A stretch of DNA of 63,227 bases, counting the filler, from Saprolegnia diclina VS20 (taxonomy: Eukaryota), in the NCBI RefSeq assembly GCF_000281045.1. It is 8 parts of 4 records of this genome, joined end to end, with 100 filler letters (N's around TTAATTAATTAA, not from the genome) between each part and the next. Parts side by side here need not be neighbours in the genome. Positions count along the whole stretch, not along the records: positions 23,524 to 47,383 come from NW_008246115.1; 7 more parts are not named here. One strand, written 5' to 3'. Within the stretch, counting starts at the first letter, position 1. Each line of letters opens with the position of its first letter. The position numbers and the translations under genes are program-made. Below are positions 23,557-32,603 of this stretch, one piece after another. Under the pieces are notes generated by a model. That model made no database searches, was not told where the DNA came from, and saw nothing but the letters and a program-made list of their open reading frames with translations.

Positions 23557-25812
23557 ATGAGCTCGCATGTGACGCCGTCGGCGGAGGCAGATGGCGTTGT
23601 TGCCGTCGACCGCACCGAGGACATTTCACCGCCATCGGCGTCTCCAGCGCCTGTGACGGCGGCACTGGACGTGACGCACAAGGTGTACTGCCAAGGCGAG
23701 AGCTGCAAAACGCAGTGGCACCCAGTCGCTCTGGACCCGACAAAAGCTTTGCACGTCAAGGGCTCGTCCAAGTCCTACTGCGCCAGCTGCTTCAGCAAGC
23801 TTCCGGGCAAGCCAGAGCCCTCCCCGGTCCGCCGAGCGTCCGCCGTGTCTTCGTTCATGTACCCGAACCGCGACGTCAAGTTGCACAAGTATGCGAATAT
23901 CATCAAGGACTCGCGCGACCACGTCGGCTTTCTCAGCGTCATTGTCATCTTTTGGCCGCTCACGTGGGGTTACTTTGCCATCAAGCTTCGTAAGCTACCG
24001 TTGCCAGCGCCATCGTACGCGCCAGGCGCACGCGATCGATTGCATTGGGTCATGGCTGCCGTCTCGCACCTCCAGTGCGCTTGCTGCTGCGCGTACATCT
24101 GGTTCATCTATGTGGCTATCGTTCAAAGCTGCTACTACGGAGCTCAAGCGTGGTTCTGGGCACTTCTCGAAGTCTACACCATCTATTTTCTACTTCTCAA
24201 CATCATTTACGTGGCTTCGCCCATAATTCCCTCCGCCCACGAGCCCAACATGCGTCCTTCACCAAATGCGGATCCGCTCAAAGCGACGATCAACCACAAG
24301 TCATTTGCATCGGGCGCGTTGATGCATCGCGAAAATGCTCTTCTTGTTCGCCTGCTGCAAGCTGTCGTGCTCACGATCGTGCCCATCTGCGGCGTCGGCT
24401 ACGTCGAGCACCTCTTTGCCTCCTTGCCCAATACGTATTTGGTTGCCAAGGCCGGGAACGATGTCGACGCGCTCATCTTTACAGATGCCGACGGTCAGCC
24501 GCTGCCGGAAAACCCTGCACCCGGCGTGTTTGCTGCTCGGGTCAACGGCCACTGGCTTTTGCGAGCCTACCAAGTGGGGCTCTTTGTGGTCATTCACCTC
24601 GCCGTTGCCTTGAACGTTTGGCTCATGCTGTCGTGGGTCACGCACGCGTGGCCGTCGCAGCGCTTCTTCATCCCGCTGGACGCGTTGATCCAGCTGCCCT
24701 CCAACGTCCACTACACCGTATCTGGTACGATGACTGATATCTGTCACCCAACCGACGACGGAGCGTTCCTCGCTGTGTGGAACTTGGTCATCAAACCAAC
24801 GCCAAGTGTCACGAACGGGCTTCCGACGCTCTTACTGGCGTTCGTATCTCCGACCCAAGAGCCCGTCTATTTCACGGACCTTGCCGTCGGGACGCTTCGG
24901 CTCGTGGCGCAAGACTTGTATTCCATGTCGGTACGTCCAGCCATCAACCAGCACGACGTGACGCTGCGTGCGTCATTCCGCAACGTCTCGACCTGCAGTG
25001 ACATGGCCGCGCTGCGAGTGAATGCAACAACGTCGTACACGGAACTGTCACTTCGGGACCGTTTGGCGGACGCACCGCACGGGCTGGCACCGCTGCCAAT
25101 GTTTTTTCTGGTGAAATACTGCTTTCAAATGTATGTGGTCGCCGGCATTGTCGGGTACTCGTCGCTACAGATTTTGGCGCTCTGGCTCCAATTCGACTCG
25201 CTTACACGGCCACCCGACGACGACGACAACGCAGCTCGCCCGACCAAGAAAACAAAGTCGCAAAAGAAACACCATGTGGATCTGACGCTGCACCAGAATC
25301 TGAATGTCTGGTACAAATTGCGCTGCCGTGTGCTTAAGGTCGTTGCTGTCTACACGCAGTTTGTGTCGGCGCTCATGTCGATTGCGCTCGTTCAACTTGC
25401 GGTTGCGGTCACGGGTCTCGTCATCTACTGCGTCAGCGGTGTCGCACCACTACCTGGCTACTATCTGCTGATTTTGACGCTGCTGGGGTCGCTCTCGATG
25501 CTCGCCTTTTTGTTGCCATTGGCCAAAGCGCTCGACATTCAAGCCAATCACGAGTCGATGCTCCACGCCTTGCTCTTGCGACTGCACTCGGAGCGCGACA
25601 AGCGAGAGACCGAAGACCGACTAGCTCTTGTTTCGTGCTTGACGCGGCTCATCGAAAAGGTCGGGTACAACGACGACCGGATTTGTTTTTGGGGCGTCGA
25701 GCTCTCAACTGCACGGCTATTTGGGCTCGCATTCTCGATCGGGTCGGGCTTATCAGTGGTCTTTTCGCGCAAGGTAGGCCACAGCTGGTCGGATCCCCTG
25801 CATGACACGTAA
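23557..25812 (+). CDS. Multi-pass membrane protein, subfamily A (PHTF/7TM-ion-channel-like C-terminus)
   Basis: Intronless 751-aa ORF. N-terminal YCQGESC...YCASC motif, about 9 hydrophobic segments, a large loop with N-glycosylation sequons, and C-terminal NLNVWYKLR...DDRICFWGVELSTARL. Confidence 0.85.
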   Translation: MSSHVTPSAEADGVVAVDRTEDISPPSASPAPVTAALDVTHKVYCQGESCKTQWHPVALDPTKALHVKGSSKSYCASCFSKLPGKPEPSPVRRASAVSSFMYPNRDVKLHKYANIIKDSRDHVGFLSVIVIFWPLTWGYFAIKLRKLPLPAPSYAPGARDRLHWVMAAVSHLQCACCCAYIWFIYVAIVQSCYYGAQAWFWALLEVYTIYFLLLNIIYVASPIIPSAHEPNMRPSPNADPLKATINHKSFASGALMHRENALLVRLLQAVVLTIVPICGVGYVEHLFASLPNTYLVAKAGNDVDALIFTDADGQPLPENPAPGVFAARVNGHWLLRAYQVGLFVVIHLAVALNVWLMLSWVTHAWPSQRFFIPLDALIQLPSNVHYTVSGTMTDICHPTDDGAFLAVWNLVIKPTPSVTNGLPTLLLAFVSPTQEPVYFTDLAVGTLRLVAQDLYSMSVRPAINQHDVTLRASFRNVSTCSDMAALRVNATTSYTELSLRDRLADAPHGLAPLPMFFLVKYCFQMYVVAGIVGYSSLQILALWLQFDSLTRPPDDDDNAARPTKKTKSQKKHHVDLTLHQNLNVWYKLRCRVLKVVAVYTQFVSALMSIALVQLAVAVTGLVIYCVSGVAPLPGYYLLILTLLGSLSMLAFLLPLAKALDIQANHESMLHALLLRLHSERDKRETEDRLALVSCLTRLIEKVGYNDDRICFWGVELSTARLFGLAFSIGSGLSVVFSRKVGHSWSDPLHDT

Positions 25813-26243
25813 TGTAACAAAAACAATTACAGTGTATATAACTATTTGATAATGGCGCCCATTTGCACGAAAATCTTGTCTACCGCCTTGGCTGCAGCAG
25901 CCACATCGATGAGCAAGGCCGTGTACCAGAGCACCACCATGGGTTGAGGAGCTGTTCGTAGGGTACGATTCCACGACTTGGAATCTTACGTTTCACCCAA
26001 CTCGGGCTGACACGTCGATGGTCTATGTCAAGGGAATACTAAAAGGGTGTCGTCACAAGACATTATCTTTATAATGCTTTCAAGGGAGTGTTTTAGAGGC
26101 AAATTGTCACTGCTCGAGTCTACGAGCTTGGGATATAACAAGGTTGCCCCTCACCGAAACGGTACCGGGGAAAAGTGCTCCTACGATGCTATTCACTTTG
26201 CGGCCAGTATTCTTTATGCATATGCACTAGTTTTTGCGTTTTA

Positions 26244-27176
26244 CTAGACAAGAAGTGCTGCCATCATAACAGTGAGCGTGCTGCTACCGAGCGCGCGACC
26301 CATCGCGCTTGAAGGTGGTCGCGTGGACGGACAGAGACTGTACAACGGCGTGGGGTTCACAACGGGGTGTTGGAATGTGCACGGCGGCATCACGTGCTTC
26401 AGCACGTACAAGATGTACGCTGGGCACGGCGACACGCAATAGCCGGACGGAACAGCTGCGTCTTCAAGGCGGTCCGGTCCGATCGTGGCGAACGTCGCGT
26501 CTACTGCAAGGCCGAGGTACTTGGAGCAGTTGGTCCAGATAGGCGTCGTCTCGGTCAGTTTTTTCATTTTGAAAATGTCCACCATGGCGCACGGCTCGTC
26601 GCGGGGGGACGGTGTGCAGCTAAAAATCTCGTTGAAGCTGGGGATCAGCTCACCATTCTCCTCATCGTGGGCGCACTTGGGCCAAAGATGTGACAACGAG
26701 TTGACGAACGAAGTGCAGTTGTCGGATGCGCACAACTTCATGGCACTGTCGTAGTCTTCTGGTACAATAGAGAGCAGCGTGGCTTTGGGAACGCTCGAGC
26801 AGTTGGCCCACATCGGCGTATGAACCAGTTCGTCAAAGAATACAAAGTCTGCCGTTGTGCACGTGGCGCCGTTCATGGTTGGATTGGACAAGTTGGCGCA
26901 TAAACCAACCAAGTTCAGTACGTCGTCACACGTGGGGAGGCGCGTCGCAAACTCTCCAAATTCGTCTTTGCACGACGGATGGCACATACTCGAGGGCCGC
27001 AAGTCGTAGATGACATGATTGAACGTCGCTGATGTCAGATTGAGGCTGGTAGCACATGCCGCCGAGACGTTGGCCGCAAAGAGACCCTCCGCCGCGTTAT
27101 TTTCAGCCCCGGAACAAGGCGCCGCCGCCACAGTTGTTGCCACCGCCAGCACGATCGTCAGAGCGGAGCGCACCAT
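26244..27176 (-). CDS. Secreted, probably GPI-anchored protein with three tandem elicitin-like domains
   Basis: Signal peptide MVRSALTIVLAVATTVAA; 18 Cys in three 6-Cys units (e.g. MKLCASDNCTSFVNSL...PKC); hydrophobic tail SSAMGRALGSSTLTVMMAALLV. Confidence 0.8.
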   Translation of the reverse strand: MVRSALTIVLAVATTVAAAPCSGAENNAAEGLFAANVSAACATSLNLTSATFNHVIYDLRPSSMCHPSCKDEFGEFATRLPTCDDVLNLVGLCANLSNPTMNGATCTTADFVFFDELVHTPMWANCSSVPKATLLSIVPEDYDSAMKLCASDNCTSFVNSLSHLWPKCAHDEENGELIPSFNEIFSCTPSPRDEPCAMVDIFKMKKLTETTPIWTNCSKYLGLAVDATFATIGPDRLEDAAVPSGYCVSPCPAYILYVLKHVMPPCTFQHPVVNPTPLYSLCPSTRPPSSAMGRALGSSTLTVMMAALLV

Positions 27177-27567
27177 GTAAGTGAGATTGTGCAACGAGTG
27201 TAATGGCTGGTGTTAGCGCCAACCAAAATGATTCGTGGCCTTGAAAGAGGCGCACTCACGAGCGACGGAGAATGCAAATTTCAGGGGTTCCAGCCTGGGG
27301 TTCCAGAGAACTTTGATCTTTCCATTTGCTTTTTATCTCCGCCTCACAAACTCCCTGACGGAGAAACGTAGACAGCAGAATGATGCACGAAGAGCCCCTT
27401 CTTAGCGCGCCCTACTTCCACGCACTTTCAAACGAAATAGGACAAGGTGCCACATACATTAAAGAAAAATGCGTATTATATATATATATGAACGTGTTTC
27501 GCGTTATCTTCATAATTACACAAAGATGTCGCATACGTAGAGACTAGCAATCGTATTCGTACTAGAT

Positions 27568-29538
27568 TTACCCCGAGTACGTGTTGTTGGCTGGATTGAT
27601 TGCTGCAGCGTAAGTAGCGTTCTCCATGACGCTGAACGCGTTGAAACTCGCCCACGTCGACGGCACGACGTGGAATGCGATGAACGACACGAGCGACGGC
27701 AAGGCGGCTCCCATCGTCGCGAGGCGCGGCATAGTGATCGCAAAGCCAAAAAACGTCATGCGGTGCTCGTAGCGCTCGACATTCTCCATGATCGACTCGA
27801 AGAGCGCAATGCACGCGTCGGCGTGATCCGGTATAATTGTCTTGTCCAAGCACCGAAAATGGAGTTCCAAAAGCTGCGTGCTGAGTGTTTGGCCGTGTTT
27901 GCGTTGAATGTCGAGGGCGGCAGCGAGCGGCCAGAGCATGGCCAAGGTCGAGAGCGACCCAATGAGACCCATCAAGAGCAAAAAGTACGTTGGCAGCGGC
28001 GCGCTGCCCGTGATGCAGTAGAAGAGAATCGCAAGCATCGTCGCGCTGCATTGCACCAAAGCGCCTTTGAGAAAAATGGTCGTGAAGGACGTGCAGTGAA
28101 CACAAGCAGTCTGGACGCTCTGACGGAGCTGAAACCAAACCTTGAGGTTGTCGCCAAAAGCCAAGTCGATCAGAGCCGCGGTCTTGCGGTCGGCAATATA
28201 CAAACCGTGGGCCAAGATACCGTCAAAGCACAGCCAGAGTCGCCAGTTCTGGAGTGCACAAAAAAGCACGAGCACCGAGAGCATCGTGTGTTGCACGAGG
28301 TACTTGCAAGCGAGGGCAAGCTGAAGGACACCGAGCGTCGGGACCGACGACGTGATTTGCAGATACTGAATGTAGGCTGCGGGCGGCACGGCGGCGTACG
28401 TTTGGGTCGCGTTGAAATCATAGTTGATGACGTCGCTGCAATTTTCTCCTTGGATCGACACCGAAAAGAGAAGCGATTTTTGACGGTCGACGAGCGCGAT
28501 CGACGCGTTGTATGCAAACGCAGTCTCAAAGCTCTCGTCTGATGACGAAGGGGCGAGGAGAAATGGCACGAACGAGTGGTTCCGCTTTGCGAGGCACTCG
28601 AACACGACGAGCGGGAGGCCCTCTTCGATGCTGGGTTCCGGTTTGATGGCCACGCTGACCGCAAAGATCAATTTACCGGAACGCGTTGTGTTGTCGCAGC
28701 GCTTCTTCGACATGTCGGTCGTAATGCTGTACACGGAATTCCGATGCGTCGCGAGCAGCCCGTTGATGCCCGGCGCAAACACCTGTTTTGCATTCCAGAC
28801 ACCAGCTGGCCACGAGTGCAGAAACATCTGGTTGTATACGCCTGTGATAGCGATGAAGAGAGCGATGGCCATCCGAGGCCACGCGAGGCGCCGCGTCGCC
28901 GCCGCCTGCGCTTGGTCGGCATCAAATGCGCGCGCCGCCGACACGTGTGATCCGTCAGATGCCGCAAACACGAGCGTTTCGATAGAGATACCGAGGGACG
29001 CGGCGGCAAATGCCACAACATGGGCACTCGGCACGTCGCGAAGCAAGCCAATGATCACGCAAGGGGCCGCGACAAACGGGCGCAACGGTAGGCACAGCGC
29101 GTCCAAAGCTGAGGTGACGTGCAATGCGCGCGGGTCGAGCAAGTAGACTGCAAAGTTGACGACCGTCGAGAACTCGAGGAGACTCCAAAACCAGATCTGC
29201 GCCGTGAACGGACACGTGAGCACGAGCAGCGTGAGCTCGGCCATCAGAAAGAGGCTGCAAAGCACGAGACGGACCTTTGGCAGCGACTGCCACACTTGAA
29301 TAGGTCGTAGCGGCACCGAGATGAGACGAGAAGCGAGCGCAAGCATCGGCACCGCAATTGGCGCCAAGACGAGGATCATGACGACCCACGGACCATCCGA
29401 GACCCACGTTGACATGACAGACGCGTACGCCTGGAGCTTTGCCGTGTCCTTATCACCGCGAGGGGGCGTCATGACATTTTCGACTTGGGGAATTCCGACG
29501 ATGCAGCTTGGCGCGTCAGTCTCTCCAGGCGGTGCCAT
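27568..29538 (-). CDS. Multi-pass membrane protein, subfamily B (PHTF/7TM-ion-channel-like C-terminus)
   Basis: Intronless. AQIWFWSLLE, DNLKVWFQLR, GSAPLPTYFLLLMGL, ALDIQRKH and EHRMTFFGFAITMPRL. An alternative in-frame ATG lies at 29625. Confidence 0.85.
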   Translation of the reverse strand: MAPPGETDAPSCIVGIPQVENVMTPPRGDKDTAKLQAYASVMSTWVSDGPWVVMILVLAPIAVPMLALASRLISVPLRPIQVWQSLPKVRLVLCSLFLMAELTLLVLTCPFTAQIWFWSLLEFSTVVNFAVYLLDPRALHVTSALDALCLPLRPFVAAPCVIIGLLRDVPSAHVVAFAAASLGISIETLVFAASDGSHVSAARAFDADQAQAAATRRLAWPRMAIALFIAITGVYNQMFLHSWPAGVWNAKQVFAPGINGLLATHRNSVYSITTDMSKKRCDNTTRSGKLIFAVSVAIKPEPSIEEGLPLVVFECLAKRNHSFVPFLLAPSSSDESFETAFAYNASIALVDRQKSLLFSVSIQGENCSDVINYDFNATQTYAAVPPAAYIQYLQITSSVPTLGVLQLALACKYLVQHTMLSVLVLFCALQNWRLWLCFDGILAHGLYIADRKTAALIDLAFGDNLKVWFQLRQSVQTACVHCTSFTTIFLKGALVQCSATMLAILFYCITGSAPLPTYFLLLMGLIGSLSTLAMLWPLAAALDIQRKHGQTLSTQLLELHFRCLDKTIIPDHADACIALFESIMENVERYEHRMTFFGFAITMPRLATMGAALPSLVSFIAFHVVPSTWASFNAFSVMENATYAAAINPANNTYSG

Positions 29539-30102
29539 CGTGCTGTGAAGAGTGGAGTTTGCATTTTGCTGGGTGAGATTTCGTTTCGCGCACGAAAATC
29601 GCGAAGAACGGGCGACATGGAGCATTTGAGCATTTGAGCGGAGAATCCCACTCTTTAACCGTCGACAACGGCAACGTCTCTAGCTCTCCGCTCGTATTGC
29701 TGTTGTCGCTGTGCTGGACACTCACTATCTCTCGGTGACGAAGACATACAACCACCCAATGGATGATCATGTGAGCGACGTCCGGGAAGGCGTTATTATG
29801 ATTTCCTTAAGCTTAGACCTTATAGCAATGACGGCAACAACAACAGCAGCGGCTGGCTACAACTTGTAATATTCCTTTCAAACTCACGACTACAGTGCGT
29901 CATCAGCGTTCTTCTCGAAGCCTACCGGTACTTGATTTTCTCCGCATTTTCATTCGAGTGACGCTATTTCCGCTGCGAGTCGATTGCAGAGCCCAAACGA
30001 GCAGTTTTGCAATCTTCGAACCATCGACGATCTCACCCGGCGAAATGAATGGCTTGACACATGGCCATTGACCAAGCTCCACCATAGAGTTCCGTCTCGC
30101 AC

Positions 30103-32343
30103 ATGAAGCCTGAGGTCCATCCGTGTGATATCGAACTGGCACTTGACGCCGCGACTGTCAGTGTGCCCGCCGCCGCATCCGGTTGCGACGTCGAGCTCGA
30201 GACGGCGTACTGCGACGGCGACATGTGCCGTGCGACGTGGCACCAGGCTCCACTGACCATCGCGAGTGCCAAGCGCCGGCGTTGGTCGTCCAAGCGCTAT
30301 TGCTCGCGGTGTTTTTTGAATCTCAAGGGCAAACCCGAGCCGCTTCGAGTCCAACCGTCACTACTACGCACTAGTCTCTTCGACTTGACGAGCCGACAAG
30401 CGACTCTGACAAAGTACATTGACGTCATCAACGATACGCAAGAATATCTCTGGCTACTCGCTCTCATTGTCTTGTTTTGGCCGCTGGTGTGGACCTACTA
30501 TTGTCTTTGGCTGCGCCGTATGTCTCGGCCTCCAATGTCTATCGCCCCAAGCTGGCACGACCAGCTACACTGGATTTTGGCCGCGGTTTCGCATCTGCAG
30601 TGTGTTTGCTGCTGCGCCTACGTGTGGCTCCTCGTGCTTTGTATTATCTATAGCTGCAAGTACGCGGCCCAAGCATGGTTTTGGGTCCTTCTCGAAGCCT
30701 ACACGGTGTATTTTTTGCTTCTCAACATCATCTACGTCGCGTCACCCATTGGCAAGTCGTCCAATGACACGCACACCGTCGTTGCCGATGCGCCGGCGTC
30801 GACACTTGCGACGCGCGTCGTGCTACCTTCGGTCAGCGCGGCCGTAGCCTCCACAAAGCGCGTCCTCTTTCAGGTTCTCCAAGCCATCGTACTGACATTC
30901 GCCCCCGTGTGCAGTATCGCCTACGTCGAGCGCGCCGTTGCGTCCTTGCCCAACACGTTTTTATTGGCCAACGTCGACACCAACTTTGACATTAACGCGC
31001 TCGTCTTTGTCGACGCCGACGGGCGCCCGCTGGTCGACAACCCCGTGCCGGCCGTGTTTGCAGCTCGCCTCGAAGGCAACACGCGACTGCGCAAGTACCG
31101 AGCTTGTCTCTTTGTCGCGCTGCAATTTGTTGTCGCCATCAACGCGTGGCTGCTGCTCTCGTGGGTCACAAACGTGTGGCCGTCCCAGCCGTTTCCGATT
31201 CCAGTAAATCCGTTCATGGGCATGGCATCGAATGTCGACTATACCGTCACTGCGACAATGACCGACGTCTGCGAAACCCAAGAGTTCTATGCGCCATACG
31301 AACGGTACCTTGTGATGTGGAACCTCAACTTGAGCCCAAAACCGAGTGCGGCCAATGGTCTTCCGACGCTGTATCTGCACTTTCTCTCGAAACGTCGGCC
31401 CTGGGAGTTTATTCTAATGGACGATGTCTCGGGCAGCGTCCTCAACCCGTGGGCGCCCTCGTTCACGGACACGGTGACGCTCAAGCCCGTTGCAGATCAG
31501 CGCAACTACATGTTTATGGCCGCCGTCACCGACGCTGGCAACTGCACGGACATCCAACAGCTGAAACCCTACGCCACGTCGATCTACAATGGCGGGTCGC
31601 TCACGCAGTACCTTCGCTCGTTGCCAGATAGATTGGCGCTCTTCCCGACGCTTCTCCTTATCAAGCACTGCTTTCGGATGTACGTTGTCTCGGCCATCAC
31701 GGGGCGCGCGTCGCTCCAGATCTGGCGACTCTGGATCCAGTTTGACCAGATTGCGGGCCGAGTGGATTTGACGCAGCATCGAAACCTTGAAATGTGGTAC
31801 CGGCTGCGCTCTCGCGTGTTCCAGGTCGTTCGCATTTACACGCAGTTTATCCAAGCGCTCCTCGCCATGGCGCTGTTCCAGCTTGCGAGTGCAGTCAGTG
31901 GCCTCTTCATTTTTTGCCTCCGCGGCGTCGCGCCGTTGCCGGGCTACTTTCTACTGATCCTCACGGTGTTTGGGTCCTTGTCAACACTGATCTTTTTGCT
32001 GCCGCTGGCCAAAGCCCTCGACGTCCAAGCCAACCACGAGTCGCTATTGCAGAGAATTCGATTGCAATTGCAGCTCGAGACAAAAGACTTGGCTGCTGTC
32101 GCCAGCCGCCATCGATGCATCGAGTGCTTGGCGCGGCTTGCGACCAAGATCCGCACGACCGACGATAGGATTTGCATTTGGGGCTTGCAGCTCTCGACGG
32201 CGCGGCTCATTGGATTGACCGTCTCGATCGGGTCGGCCGTCTCGTTTGTCTTCACACGCAAGCTCGACCACCCATGGAACGAGCCCAGAGATGGACTGTA
32301 CGACTCAATTCCCCTCTTAAAGACATTTGGATTGGTGCCGTGA
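30103..32343 (+). CDS. Multi-pass membrane protein, subfamily A
   Basis: 746 aa. YCDGDMC...YCSRC, LHWILAAVSHLQC, AQAWFWVLLE, NLEMWYRLR and DDRICIWGLQLSTARL. Confidence 0.85.
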   Translation: MKPEVHPCDIELALDAATVSVPAAASGCDVELETAYCDGDMCRATWHQAPLTIASAKRRRWSSKRYCSRCFLNLKGKPEPLRVQPSLLRTSLFDLTSRQATLTKYIDVINDTQEYLWLLALIVLFWPLVWTYYCLWLRRMSRPPMSIAPSWHDQLHWILAAVSHLQCVCCCAYVWLLVLCIIYSCKYAAQAWFWVLLEAYTVYFLLLNIIYVASPIGKSSNDTHTVVADAPASTLATRVVLPSVSAAVASTKRVLFQVLQAIVLTFAPVCSIAYVERAVASLPNTFLLANVDTNFDINALVFVDADGRPLVDNPVPAVFAARLEGNTRLRKYRACLFVALQFVVAINAWLLLSWVTNVWPSQPFPIPVNPFMGMASNVDYTVTATMTDVCETQEFYAPYERYLVMWNLNLSPKPSAANGLPTLYLHFLSKRRPWEFILMDDVSGSVLNPWAPSFTDTVTLKPVADQRNYMFMAAVTDAGNCTDIQQLKPYATSIYNGGSLTQYLRSLPDRLALFPTLLLIKHCFRMYVVSAITGRASLQIWRLWIQFDQIAGRVDLTQHRNLEMWYRLRSRVFQVVRIYTQFIQALLAMALFQLASAVSGLFIFCLRGVAPLPGYFLLILTVFGSLSTLIFLLPLAKALDVQANHESLLQRIRLQLQLETKDLAAVASRHRCIECLARLATKIRTTDDRICIWGLQLSTARLIGLTVSIGSAVSFVFTRKLDHPWNEPRDGLYDSIPLLKTFGLVP

Positions 32344-32603
32344 CGAAATTAACACTGTATTGTTGATATTTCCACTTTAAAACACTCATCGACGTTTGTC
32401 GAGTGATGGTGCCTGATGTTTTTTGTGCATTGCAGGTGCGCTTGTAGACCAAAGGAAAGTGTAACAGTAACAAGAGTTTCAACGACATTAATATAATACA
32501 TTAATACGATGGTGACAATTTCCTTTGATCGGTTCGACGATAAACCACTGCTCTCACCCAGTAAACATGGTTCGACACCCGACTACGCGTACTAGTACTC
32601 GTA

